Below, in pieces: positions 1 through 9,129 of a stretch of 17,473 nucleotides of DNA. The translations under genes were made by a program, and so were the position numbers. The stretch comes from Candidatus Iainarchaeum sp. (GTDB lineage Archaea; Iainarchaeota; Iainarchaeia; Iainarchaeales; Iainarchaeaceae), in contig JAWANB010000017.1 of assembly GCA_038895675.1 (NCBI GenBank), forward strand, positions 1-17,473. Direction: 5' to 3'. Within the stretch, counting starts at the first letter, position 1; each line of letters opens with the position of its first letter. The notes under the pieces were generated by a model. That model saw nothing but the letters and a program-made list of their open reading frames with translations, did no database searches and had not been told where the DNA came from.

Positions 1-248
1 TGAAAGCCAAATCCAGAAAAACCTTGGAATTTTTCTGCTTCTTGTCCAAATTGGTCATAGTTTCTTCTTTTGTTTTCATCACTGAGTATTGAATACGCGT
101 GCTGTATCTCTTTGAACTTTTCTTCTGCACCAGGCTCTTTATTAATGTCCGGATGGTATTTTTTAGCAAGTTTCTTGTATGCAGCCCTTATTTCTTCTTG
201 CGTAGCATCTCTCTTAACACCTAATATTTCGTAGTAGTCTTTACTCAT
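1..248 (-). CDS. dnaJ: Chaperone DnaJ, N-terminal part (runs off the window start; not in the ORF track)
   Basis: Manual translation from ATG 248 gives [68 protein letters not shown]...GFSGFGF. This is a J-domain with the HPD motif followed by a G/F-rich linker. A GAGGT SD lies at 261-257, directly downstream of dnaK. Confidence 0.97.
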   Translation of the reverse strand, partial: MSKDYYEILGVKRDATQEEIRAAYKKLAKKYHPDINKEPGAEEKFKEIQHAYSILSDENKRRNYDQFGQEAEKFQGFSGFGF

Positions 249-276
249 TACCAATGACCTCTAATTTGTTTTCAAT

Positions 277-2109
277 TTATTTGGTTTCTTTAAAGTTTGC
301 ATCAACAACGTTATCGTCTTTATCTTTGTTTTCATAGTTGTTTTGATTTTCTTTGTTTCCTTTGGTGTATAATTCTGTAGAAGCATCTTGAACCAATGAA
401 TTGAGTTCTTTCATTGCCAACCTTACTTTTTCAACATCTTTTTCTTGAGGCTCAAGAAGTTTCTTCATTTCTTCTAATTTTTCTTTTATTTTGCTTATTT
501 TTTGTTCTGAGACTTTACTTGTAAGTTCAGGCAACAATTTTTCGGTATTGTAAACCAAAGCGTCTGCTTCGTTTATTGTTTGTATTTCTTCCATTTTCTT
601 TTTATCAGCTTCAAGGTTTGCCTCTGCTTCTTTTCTCATTCTTTCTATTTCTTCATCGCTCAACTTTTGCGATGCAACTATCTTTATACTTTGTTCTTTG
701 CCTGTTCCCAAGTCTTTTGCACTAACATTTACGATGCCGTTAGCGTCAATGTCAAAAGTTACTTCTATTTGTGGCACTCCTCTTGGAGCAGGGGGTATGC
801 CAGTCAATTGAAACCTGCCTAAACTCTTATTGTCTTTTGCAAGAGGTCTTTCTCCTTGCAACACATGAATGTCAACAGCAGGTTGATTATCAGTTGCAGT
901 TGAAAATATTTGACTTTTTTTAGTAGGTATTGTTGTATTTCTTTCAATTAGTTTAGTAAATACTCCGCCTAATGTTTCTATTCCTAAAGATAATGGCGTG
1001 ACATCAAGCAACAACACGTCTTTTATTTCTCCGCCTAATACTCCACCTTGTATAGCAGCGCCAGAAGCGACACATTCCATAGGGTCTATGCCTCTTTCAA
1101 CTTTTGTTCCTAATTCTTTTTCTATGAATTGTTGTACAATTGGCATTCTTGTAGGTCCGCCAACGAGAATTATTTTGTCAACATCAGCAGCGGTCATTTT
1201 TGCGTCTGCCAATGCTTGTTGTAATGGCTTTAAACATTTTTCAACTATGGGCCTAACGAGTTCTTCAAGTTTTGCCCTGTTGAGTTTCATTATCAAGTGT
1301 TTTGGACCTTGATTTGTAGCTGTTATGTAAGGTAAATTTATTTCAGTTTCAAGGATTGTAGATAACTCTATTTTTGCTTTTTCAGCAGCTTCTCTTATTC
1401 TTTGCATTGCTGTACTATCCTTACTTAAATCTATTCCTTCACTTGCTTTGAATTCTTTTACTATGTAGTTTATTATGGCCTCATCCATGTCACGGCCGCC
1501 TAATTGTGTATCTCCAGAAGTGCTTCTTACTTCAAAAACTCCCTCTTCATAGTCCATTACAGTCACATCTAAAGTTCCTCCGCCTAAGTCAAAAACCACT
1601 ATTTTGAAACTCTTTGACTTTTTGTCAAGGCCATAAGCAAGACAAGCAGCTGTTGGCTCATTTATTATTCTTATTACATCTAAACCAGCTATTTTTCCAG
1701 CGTCTTTAGTAGCTTGCCTTTGGTTGTCATCAAAGTAAGCAGGTACGGTTATAACTGCCTTTTCTACTTTTTCGCCAAGAAAAGCCTCAGCATCTTTTTT
1801 TATTTTTTGGAGTACGAAAGCAGAGAGTTGTTGTGGTGTATACTCTTTATTATCCACTTTGTATTTGTAGTCTGTTCCCATTTTTCTTTTGAATCCAGTA
1901 AAAGTTCTTTCAGGATTTGTTATAGCTTGTCTTCTTGCAGGTTCACCAACCAACACTTGACCATCTTTAGTAAAAGCTACTACACTTGGAAAAGCTTTGC
2001 CATAAACCGTATTACCTTCTGCGCTAGGTATTATTCTCGGTTTTCCGGCTTCTAAAAAAGCCGCGGCTGAATTGCTTGTTCCAAGGTCTATGCCTATTAT
2101 TTTACTCAT
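277..2109 (-). CDS. dnaK: Hsp70 chaperone DnaK
   Basis: Motifs [46 protein letters not shown] and [22 protein letters not shown]. It lacks the ~23-aa N-domain insert, as in archaeal/Gram-positive DnaK. Start moved to ATG 2109 ([10 protein letters not shown]), which overlaps the grpE stop and follows GGAGAGTGA. Confidence 0.98.
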   Translation of the reverse strand: MSKIIGIDLGTSNSAAAFLEAGKPRIIPSAEGNTVYGKAFPSVVAFTKDGQVLVGEPARRQAITNPERTFTGFKRKMGTDYKYKVDNKEYTPQQLSAFVLQKIKKDAEAFLGEKVEKAVITVPAYFDDNQRQATKDAGKIAGLDVIRIINEPTAACLAYGLDKKSKSFKIVVFDLGGGTLDVTVMDYEEGVFEVRSTSGDTQLGGRDMDEAIINYIVKEFKASEGIDLSKDSTAMQRIREAAEKAKIELSTILETEINLPYITATNQGPKHLIMKLNRAKLEELVRPIVEKCLKPLQQALADAKMTAADVDKIILVGGPTRMPIVQQFIEKELGTKVERGIDPMECVASGAAIQGGVLGGEIKDVLLLDVTPLSLGIETLGGVFTKLIERNTTIPTKKSQIFSTATDNQPAVDIHVLQGERPLAKDNKSLGRFQLTGIPPAPRGVPQIEVTFDIDANGIVNVSAKDLGTGKEQSIKIVASQKLSDEEIERMRKEAEANLEADKKKMEEIQTINEADALVYNTEKLLPELTSKVSEQKISKIKEKLEEMKKLLEPQEKDVEKVRLAMKELNSLVQDASTELYTKGNKENQNNYENKDKDDNVVDANFKETK

Positions 2110-2611
2110 TCTTATCACTCTCCGTTTCGCCAATTTTATTAACCTTCACTTTAGCAGGTCTTATTACTTTGCCATTGATAACATAACCTTTTTGTATTTC
2201 TTCCAAAATTTCATTATCTTCTTTGTCTTCGACTTTTTCAGTCATAATACAATCATGAAATCTAATATCAAATTTTCCTTTGCATGGTATTTCTTCAACA
2301 CCATGCCTTGCCAAAATTATTTTTGCTTGCCTTAAAATTTTCTCTAAACCTAATTTCATTTCAGTGTTCCCTGACTTTTCTGCGCTTTCAATAGCTGAAG
2401 TCAGAGAATCAATCAAAGGCAAAAAATCTTCTATTACTTTCAATCCAGCCAATTCTAAAAACTCTTGCTTTTCCCTCTCAAGTCTTTTTCTCGAATTTTC
2501 AAAGTCAGCCTGAAGCCTCTGCAGAGTGTCTTTGTATTCGTTAATTATTTTTTTTAGTTCTTCAATTTCGTTATTTTTTTGTTCACCTTTTTCATTCATC
2601 GTTTCAGTCAT
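2102..2611 (-). CDS. grpE: Nucleotide exchange factor GrpE
   Basis: [14 protein letters not shown] coiled coil, [15 protein letters not shown], and the C-terminal [18 protein letters not shown]; immediately upstream of dnaK. The start is uncertain (2623, 2611 or 2599). Confidence 0.95.
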   Translation of the reverse strand: MTETMNEKGEQKNNEIEELKKIINEYKDTLQRLQADFENSRKRLEREKQEFLELAGLKVIEDFLPLIDSLTSAIESAEKSGNTEMKLGLEKILRQAKIILARHGVEEIPCKGKFDIRFHDCIMTEKVEDKEDNEILEEIQKGYVINGKVIRPAKVKVNKIGETESDKNE

Positions 2612-2626
2612 AAAAAAACCCATAAA

Positions 2627-2665
2627 AGTCTAAAAATTCTAATCTATGACTAAAAATTTTAGTCA
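2627..2665. promoter_or_regulatory. Candidate tandem operator: perfect inverted repeat TGACTAAAA-A-TTTTAGTCA (2647-2665) plus degenerate copy AGTCTAAAAATTCTAATCT (2627-2645)
   Basis: Perfect 9-bp arms with a 1-nt centre. The second copy matches 14/19 positions and is offset by exactly 20 bp. Both lie in the short divergent grpE/regulator intergenic region next to a TTTTTAAA TATA-like element (2671-2678). Confidence 0.7.
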
Positions 2666-2700
2666 AAATATTTTTAAATGTTGTGCTTTCTATTGTTTTT

Positions 2701-3126
2701 ATGGTTAAAAGAACTTCTTTTAAGCTAATAATAAAAAAAATAGAATCTCCCTTTTCAGAAAATCCTCAAGATAAATTCAATTGGATTTGTGAATCTTTTG
2801 GTCTTTTTCATGCGTCAGGCAAAGAAAAAGCCGCTTCTTTTATTTTTAGAGAACTTATAAGAGCTGCCGAAGAAGATAGAAAACTTGCATTATCAGATTT
2901 AGTAGAAATATCTGGTTTAAGTAGAGGTGCTATTACAAATCACTTAAACAACCTATTGTTAGCAGGAATGATAGTAAAACAAGGTCGTTTTTATTATGCA
3001 AGGTCAAAGTCGGTATACAGAATAATAGAGGAAATAGAACAAGACTTATTAAGAATTTTTTCAGAACTCAAGAAAAATGCAATTGACATAGACACAGAGT
3101 TAGGCATAAGAAGAAATTCAAAGTAA
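2701..3126 (+). CDS. Winged helix-turn-helix transcriptional regulator (ArsR-like), candidate heat-shock regulator
   Basis: LALSDLVEISGLSRGAITNHLNNLLLAGMIVKQGRFYY fits an HTH plus wing, followed by a C-terminal amphipathic helix; divergent from grpE. ATG 2701 is preferred over GTG 2683 because it lies ~25 nt after TTTTTAAA (leaderless geometry). Confidence 0.85.
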   Translation: MVKRTSFKLIIKKIESPFSENPQDKFNWICESFGLFHASGKEKAASFIFRELIRAAEEDRKLALSDLVEISGLSRGAITNHLNNLLLAGMIVKQGRFYYARSKSVYRIIEEIEQDLLRIFSELKKNAIDIDTELGIRRNSK

Positions 3127-3180
3127 GAACTAAATTTTACAATCAGCAAAGTATAAATTAAAGTACTTTGTTTTAAATTT

Positions 3181-3624
3181 ATGAATTATAAAAAGAACTT
3201 GAAAGAAATTGACGACTTAATAATAAAAAAAATTCTAAAAATAACTAATCCAAGTTATGTTGCCCTTCTGCTTTTAGAATTTATTTTGTCAATGATAGTT
3301 CTATTAGGCTTGTTAATTTACATTGACCCAATAAGAAACAACATTGATCCACCTTTCAACTTTATAATATTTGCAGGAATAATTTTCTTAGTTTTTTGGA
3401 TTTATAATTATACTAAAATATTTCGTTCTTTAGCTGTTTCAAAGAGAAAAACTTCCATTAGAATCTTTATGCTCGAACTAACAATTTTTGGCTTGCTTTT
3501 ATCTTCTCTTTATTTTTACAAAAACACAAGCATAAACTTATTGCCTTACCCTTTTAATATAATTTTTTTCTTATGCATTATTTCTATTCCTCTATACTTC
3601 TATATTAAAGAAAAGTTTTGGTGA
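3181..3624 (+). CDS. Hypothetical four-helix membrane protein with an internal two-fold repeat
   Basis: Four hydrophobic segments, with an LE...PFN...Y unit repeated. A TATA-like GTATAAAT lies at 3151-3158. Its stop TGA is part of the GGTGA SD of the next gene. Confidence 0.8.
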   Translation: MNYKKNLKEIDDLIIKKILKITNPSYVALLLLEFILSMIVLLGLLIYIDPIRNNIDPPFNFIIFAGIIFLVFWIYNYTKIFRSLAVSKRKTSIRIFMLELTIFGLLLSSLYFYKNTSINLLPYPFNIIFFLCIISIPLYFYIKEKFW

Positions 3625-3628
3625 AAAA

Positions 3629-4978
3629 ATGTTGCATAAAAATCACGTTGAAAAGGCAAAACTATCGCGTTCGCTAAGCTTGTTTGAAGCAACCATTTAT
3701 GGAGTAGGAGTAATAATAGGGGCAGGTATTTATGCTTTGATAGGTGAAGGAGTTCAAATAGCAGGAAGCATGGTTTGGCTTTCCTTTGTTTTTGGTGCAA
3801 TAATAGCGGCTTTCACGGCTTTAAGCTATGCAGAGCTTTCTTCATTATTTCCAAAAACAGGTGCGGAATTTAATTTTGTTAAACATGCTTTCAGGTCTAA
3901 TTACTTGGCTTTTTTTACAGGTTATTCAGGAATTTTCGCCAATCTAATTTCAGTGTCTGTTGTAGCATTGGGTTTTGCCGGTTATTTGAATGGAATGACA
4001 GGAATAAACATTTCTTTTGCCGCAATAAGCCTAATAATTTTAATGACTCTCCTAAATTTTTTTGGCATTAAAGAATCAGCAAAGTACGCAGTGTTTTCAA
4101 CAATACTTGAAGTGTTTGGAATAATACTAATAATACTTATTGGGTTGCCTTACTTAGGTTCCACCAATTTGTTTGAAGTACCTGATTCAAAGTTCTTTTT
4201 AAGTCCTGTTCTTTTTGCAACGTCTTTAATTTTCTTTGCGTTTGTCGGCTTTGAACAAATAGCAAACATTTCAGAAGAAACAAAACTTGCTTCAAAAACA
4301 ATTCCTAAAGCTGTTTTACTTTCTCTTTTTATTACTTCTATGCTTTACATTTTGGTTTCAATTTCAGTCGTTAGTATTTACCATTGGCAAGAAATCGCAG
4401 GAGTACCTAACCCTATGAGTTTAGTTGCACAAAAAGGTTTTGGTGAAAACGCTGGTCTATTGATGTCTTTAATAGCACTTTTCGCCACTTCAAACACGGT
4501 CTTAATACTATTGGTTGTAACAAGTAGAATGATTTACGGCATTTCAAAACAAAGTGCTTTACCAGACATTCTTCAAACAATACACGAAAAAACGAACACA
4601 CCTTACATAGCCGTGCTTTTAACAGGATTACTATCTTTATTATTCATTTTTTTAAAAGAGTTAGATAAAGTAGCTTTACTTTCCAACTATTTTATTTTTA
4701 CCTTGTTTTTTTTAGTCAACGTTTCAACAATAAAAATGAGAATAAGTCATCCTCACTTGTATAGGCCTTTTAAAATTCCTTTTAACATAGGCGAAATACC
4801 AATAGTTTCTGTTTTAGGGGCAATTTTTTGTCTTTTCATGTTAGCGCAAATAAATACTCCAATCGAAATTTTTGGCGTTGAATTACCTTTAATTTTATTT
4901 GGTTTTATAATAAGCCTATCTTCAATCCCAATTTACATATTATTTAAGCACACTATACCAAAGCACGAAAGAATTTAG
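3629..4978 (+). CDS. APC-family amino acid permease
   Basis: About 12 TM segments. Motifs LSRSLSL, GVGVIIGAGIY, LSYAELSSLFPKTG, FAFVGFE...SEE, SRMIYGIS, NTPYIAV and RPFKIP. Confidence 0.93.
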   Translation: MLHKNHVEKAKLSRSLSLFEATIYGVGVIIGAGIYALIGEGVQIAGSMVWLSFVFGAIIAAFTALSYAELSSLFPKTGAEFNFVKHAFRSNYLAFFTGYSGIFANLISVSVVALGFAGYLNGMTGINISFAAISLIILMTLLNFFGIKESAKYAVFSTILEVFGIILIILIGLPYLGSTNLFEVPDSKFFLSPVLFATSLIFFAFVGFEQIANISEETKLASKTIPKAVLLSLFITSMLYILVSISVVSIYHWQEIAGVPNPMSLVAQKGFGENAGLLMSLIALFATSNTVLILLVVTSRMIYGISKQSALPDILQTIHEKTNTPYIAVLLTGLLSLLFIFLKELDKVALLSNYFIFTLFFLVNVSTIKMRISHPHLYRPFKIPFNIGEIPIVSVLGAIFCLFMLAQINTPIEIFGVELPLILFGFIISLSSIPIYILFKHTIPKHERI

Positions 4979-5030
4979 ATTATGGTCCTTTTTTTTCAGT
5001 ATTTTTTGTCAGTTTATTGCTTTTCTCTTT

Positions 5031-5645
5031 TTAATAATATCTTGCTCTTTTCTCTATTTTTTCCATTTGTTTTAATATTTTTTCACCTTGAGAATAATTT
5101 TCTTTATATTTTTTTTCAAGTTCAAACCACTTTTCAGCATATTCAAAGTGTGTAGCTAAAAAAGTTTTTTTGAAATTCAATAAGTCAACAGCCTTGTCTT
5201 CTTCTTTTGAAGAAAAATAACCTAAACCAAAATCAACTAAAGCCAAATTGTCTTTTTCAACGACAAAGTTAGCTGTCGTAAGATCTCCATGAATAATGTT
5301 ATTTTCATGCAGTTTAGCTACAATTTTGCCAACCTTTTGAATTAACGTTATGTCATTTTTCATTATTTTTTCTTTTAGAGTTTCCCCATCAATAAACTCC
5401 ATTATTAAAGAAAAGTCGTCTTCAATTTTCCAAACGATAGGCGTTCTTATACCGCAAAGTTTTGCTTTGTGCAATAAAATACATTCTGATTTTGTTCTTT
5501 CTTTTCTTATTTTTTCATCAAGCTTTTTTTCTCTATAAACTTTTTTCTCTCTTTTTTTTATAATTGCTTTTCTACCTAAGTAGTACGTAAGTAGTACTTT
5601 TGCTTCTGCTCCATGGCTCAAAATTCTATTTTGCAAAATAATCAC
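5031..5645 (-). CDS. bud32: KEOPS complex kinase/ATPase Bud32 (stand-alone)
   Basis: GAEA, K-R-x-x-K-x-YR, RTKSE, HGDLTTAN, DFGLG, EDKAVDL and C-terminal RARY (RGRY-like). The true start may be TTG 5636, after GAGTGAT. Confidence 0.93.
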   Translation of the reverse strand: MIILQNRILSHGAEAKVLLTYYLGRKAIIKKREKKVYREKKLDEKIRKERTKSECILLHKAKLCGIRTPIVWKIEDDFSLIMEFIDGETLKEKIMKNDITLIQKVGKIVAKLHENNIIHGDLTTANFVVEKDNLALVDFGLGYFSSKEEDKAVDLLNFKKTFLATHFEYAEKWFELEKKYKENYSQGEKILKQMEKIEKRARYY

Positions 5646-5657
5646 TCTTAGTTTTTT

Positions 5658-6173
5658 TTAACAAATTTTTTCAATAACTTTTTTTGAGTTCTGTAATGTG
5701 TTTTTCGAGTTTTGAATTATTTCTTGTAAAGTTCGTTTTGAAATGTTGCCAACGCTTTCCTTTTCAAAACTTTCTAATTCTTCATTTATTTCTATTGCTT
5801 TTTCTAAGGCAATTTTAAAACTATTTTTCATTTTTTGTTCTGGGCTTTCAAAATAGCATTTTGGATATTCAAAATCAACTTTTAGCCTTTCTTCCAAATA
5901 ATTTTGAAAAGAGTTTTGAAATTCTATTAATTTTATTTTGATTTTTTTTTCTTTTTGTTCATTTTCAGTAAATGTTATTACTGACAAAATTTCTTTTTCA
6001 TATTTCTCAATTTTTTCTTTTTCAGGATAAATGCTATAATTACTTATTCCGAATTTCTTGTCTATTTGTTCTATTCCTTTAGAACCTACATATATTACGC
6101 CAATTTGAGCTAATATGACTGATAATATTATTAGGCCAACTAACAGTAAAACTATTTTTTTTAATGTTTTCAT
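5658..6173 (-). CDS. Hypothetical protein with N-terminal signal/membrane anchor and charged helical domain
   Basis: MKTLKK is followed by a hydrophobic stretch; the rest is E/K-rich with two Cys. TATA-like TTTTATAT lies ~27-33 nt upstream, and the gene ends 12 nt before bud32. Confidence 0.75.
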   Translation of the reverse strand: MKTLKKIVLLLVGLIILSVILAQIGVIYVGSKGIEQIDKKFGISNYSIYPEKEKIEKYEKEILSVITFTENEQKEKKIKIKLIEFQNSFQNYLEERLKVDFEYPKCYFESPEQKMKNSFKIALEKAIEINEELESFEKESVGNISKRTLQEIIQNSKNTLQNSKKVIEKIC

Positions 6174-6383
6174 AGTTTAATAAATAGTTTTATACTAAAT
6201 ATAAAACCTTAGTAGGTTGCATGTATTGGCTTATTTTAACTTTTTAGGTCTTGTTTTTGTAAACCAATTTTAGCCGATATTTGACTTTTTTTCAATTCCT
6301 TTTTTTCTTTGGTTTATTATTGTTTTTAATCATTCTAAAGTTTTAGTTCAGAGTTTTTTTGTTCATGTTTTTATTTCCTTTGT

Positions 6384-6947
6384 ATGTGTTTAACATTTAT
6401 GGTTTTGCAATTTTTGAATTTGTTTTTGGTTGACTTGTTGCTTTTGGCTTTTCCTTCCATTTATTTTTTATTTCAAAAAGATAAATTTGTTCTAAAAGAT
6501 TTCGCTTCTTTTTTTGGTTTTCGTAAGCCAACTTTCCCTGAAGATTTGCTTGTGTCATTAAAAGTTTTTTTTATAATGACTTTTGTTTCTTTTGTTTTGT
6601 CAGCTTTGTTTTATTTTTTGAATTTGAACGATTTGGAAAAAGTAGTTAACACGATTAAAACTTTTTCAAATCAAGACCTTTTGATTTTAGTCTATTTATT
6701 GATTGTAAGAGTCTTTGTCGAAGAATTTTTTTTCAGAGCTTTTTTAACTTCAAAGATAGGAGTTTTAGGTTCGAGTTTTGCCTTTTCTTTAATGCATTTT
6801 GGCTATGGCTCAATAGCAGAAATAATTGGCTCTTTTTTTTTAGGCATGATTTTAGGTCATTATTATTCAAAGCTAAAAAACATTTTTCCAATATACTTGG
6901 CTCACATGTTCTATAATACTTTTGTATTAATAATAATGTTCAGATGA
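6384..6947 (+). CDS. CPBP/Abi (CAAX protease-like) intramembrane metalloprotease
   Basis: EEFFFR, FSLMH and HMFYN match CPBP motifs 1, 2 and 4 in a multi-TM protein. It overlaps sua5 by ATGA. The start may be ATG 6399. Confidence 0.9.
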   Translation: MCLTFMVLQFLNLFLVDLLLLAFPSIYFLFQKDKFVLKDFASFFGFRKPTFPEDLLVSLKVFFIMTFVSFVLSALFYFLNLNDLEKVVNTIKTFSNQDLLILVYLLIVRVFVEEFFFRAFLTSKIGVLGSSFAFSLMHFGYGSIAEIIGSFFLGMILGHYYSKLKNIFPIYLAHMFYNTFVLIIMFR

Positions 6948-7966
6948 AAACCTTGGTTTTGAAAACTAATAGGAAATCGTTTAAACGTACTATTAGAATT
7001 GCCGCTAACTTGCTTTCCAAAGGAAAAATTGTGGCGTTTCCAACCGAGACAGTTTATGGTTTAGGTGTTAATGCTTTTGACAAAAAAGCTATAAAAAAAC
7101 TTTTTAAGGTAAAGAAAAGGCCAAGTGATAATCCTTTGATAATTCACATTTCAGAAAAAAATCAGGTTTTGCCTCTTGTCAAGAAAATAAGTTCAAAGGC
7201 TTCAAAGCTAATGAATTGTTTTTGGCCAGGCCCTTTGACTTTGGTTTTCAAGAGTTCTGGCAAGATACCAAAAGAAGCAAGTGGTGGACTTGAGACTATT
7301 GCGATTAGAATGCCTGACCATAAAGTCGCGTTAGCCTTGATTAATGCCTGTGGTTTTCCTTTGGCTGCACCTTCGGCAAATTTGGCTGGAAAGCCAAGCG
7401 CAACAAACGCTTTTCATGTCCTTGAAGACTTTGACAAAAAAATTGATTGTATAATAGATGCTGGAAAAACAAGAATAGGTATAGAGTCTACTGTTCTTGA
7501 TGTTTCAGTAAAAACTCCAGTATTATTAAGACCAGGCAAAATAACTAAAGAGGAAATTCAGAAAATAATAGGAAAAATAAAAGTGCATGGTTCTGTAAAA
7601 AAAGGGAAATTTGTGAAAAAACTAATGATTAAGTCTCCAGGCATGAAATATAGGCATTATGCACCAGACGCTAAAGTAATTATAATTCCGTTCAAATTCA
7701 AAGGTAAAGAATTATCAAAAAAAGCAGATGAAATGGCAAAAGGCAAGACTGCGCTTATTACTTTGTCCACTTCTAAAGTAGATTGTAAAAAGTGTGATGT
7801 AATAAAGGCAAGGCACGGAATAGTAGGTTTAGGTAAAAGACTTTTTGCTGAATTCAGAAGGCTTGATAAGAATGGTTATGATACAATAATAGTTCATGGC
7901 GTCAGAGAAAAAGGCTTTGGTTCAGCAATAATGAATAGATTAAAAAAGGCAGCGAGAAAAAAATAA
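6944..7966 (+). CDS. sua5: L-threonylcarbamoyladenylate synthase Sua5 (TsaC domain plus Sua5 C-terminal domain)
   Basis: VAFPTETVYGLG, KKRPSDNPLIIH, FWPGPLT, AIRMP, AAPSAN, GIESTVLD, LLRPG, linker PGMKYRHYAP and C-terminal AIMNRLKKAA. Confidence 0.96.
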   Translation: MKTLVLKTNRKSFKRTIRIAANLLSKGKIVAFPTETVYGLGVNAFDKKAIKKLFKVKKRPSDNPLIIHISEKNQVLPLVKKISSKASKLMNCFWPGPLTLVFKSSGKIPKEASGGLETIAIRMPDHKVALALINACGFPLAAPSANLAGKPSATNAFHVLEDFDKKIDCIIDAGKTRIGIESTVLDVSVKTPVLLRPGKITKEEIQKIIGKIKVHGSVKKGKFVKKLMIKSPGMKYRHYAPDAKVIIIPFKFKGKELSKKADEMAKGKTALITLSTSKVDCKKCDVIKARHGIVGLGKRLFAEFRRLDKNGYDTIIVHGVREKGFGSAIMNRLKKAARKK

Positions 7967-8127
7967 TAGATTTGTTCATCTTTTGCATTATCTCTAAAAT
8001 TTTTTACAAGAACAATTTCAGCGTTTCTAATCGTAAGATTTCTATTTTATATTGTTTTTTCTTAAAGTAAGTCTTGCGTTATTAATTTTTTAAATATAGT
8101 TTTGTTTTATTTGTTTTAAGGTTTTCT

Positions 8128-9117
8128 ATGCAAAAAAATTTTTGCCTTGGAATAGAAAGTACGGCACATACCGCTGGCATAGGAATAGTTGATAAAGAGT
8201 GCAAAATTTTTGCTAACGAGAGAGATTCTTATAAGACTATTCAAGGTGGTTTGATTCCAAGGGAATTGGCAGAACATCATTCTAAAGTTTTTCCTATTGT
8301 TTTGAAAAAAGCTTTGTTAGATTCCAAAATTTCTTTTGAAGACATTTCTTGTATAGCATATTCTAAGGGCCCTGGCATAGGCCCTGCTCTTGAAGTAGGA
8401 GCCACAACAGCAAGGTTTCTTTCTATTGTTTATAACAAGCCTTTAGTGTCTGTAAATCATTGTGTTGCTCACATAGAAATAGCTAAAAAGTTGTGTAAAG
8501 CAAAAGATCCTCTTATTCTTTATGTGTCCGGTGGAAATACTCAAATAATAGGTTACAATGGTTTTGACAAGTATTTGGTTTATGGAGAGACTCTTGACAT
8601 TGGAGTAGGTAATTTATTGGATTCTTTTGGGAGAGAAATTGGTTTAGGTTTTCCGCAAGGTCCAAAGCTTGATGAAATGTATTTTAGGAAAAGCAAGTAT
8701 GTCGAGTTGCCTTACACAGTGAAAGGCATGGATTTGCAATTTTCTGGCTTGCTTACAGCAGCAAAGAGAAAAATAGGAGTTGAGAAAAAAGAGGATTTGG
8801 TTTATAGTTTAATGCACACTGCTTTTTCTATGCTGACAGAAGTCGTTGAAAGAGCATTGGCTCATACTGGTAAAAAGGAACTTTTGGTTACTGGTGGAGT
8901 AGCATCATCTAAATCTTTAGCTAAAGTACTTTCACAAATGTGTAAGCAAAGAAAAGTAAAGTTACTTGTTTGTCCAAAAGAATTGGCTACTGATAACGGC
9001 GTAATGATAGCTTATGCAGGCTTATTAAAGTATTTGAAAGGCGACATAGTAAAAGTTGAAGAAGCCAATATTGACCAAGACTTTAGAGTTGATTTTGAAA
9101 GAATCCTTTACTTTTAA
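8128..9117 (+). CDS. kae1: tRNA N6-adenosine threonylcarbamoyltransferase Kae1 (stand-alone, not fused to Bud32)
   Basis: LGIESTAHT, GPGIG, VNHCVAHIE metal motif, LYVSGGNTQ, GETLDIGVGNLLD, LPYTVKGMD, GGVA and DNGVMIA. Confidence 0.96.
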   Translation: MQKNFCLGIESTAHTAGIGIVDKECKIFANERDSYKTIQGGLIPRELAEHHSKVFPIVLKKALLDSKISFEDISCIAYSKGPGIGPALEVGATTARFLSIVYNKPLVSVNHCVAHIEIAKKLCKAKDPLILYVSGGNTQIIGYNGFDKYLVYGETLDIGVGNLLDSFGREIGLGFPQGPKLDEMYFRKSKYVELPYTVKGMDLQFSGLLTAAKRKIGVEKKEDLVYSLMHTAFSMLTEVVERALAHTGKKELLVTGGVASSKSLAKVLSQMCKQRKVKLLVCPKELATDNGVMIAYAGLLKYLKGDIVKVEEANIDQDFRVDFERILYF

Positions 9118-9129
9118 TGTTTTGATCAA

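Noticed and set aside
580..2513. Plus-strand ORFs antisense to dnaK/grpE (580-822, 998-1312, 1714-2055, 2072-2335, 2280-2513)
   Set aside because: These are shadow frames of conserved genes, with F/S/I-rich composition and no motifs. The same applies to the other nested or antisense ORFs inside the permease, bud32, rpoE1, PIN, eif2g, infB and ndk.
7967..8127. 161-bp sua5-kae1 spacer as a hidden pcc1/cgi121 gene or RNA
   Set aside because: No convincing ORF or stem was found by eye. It contains T-runs and a TTTAAATA element consistent with a terminator and the kae1 promoter.
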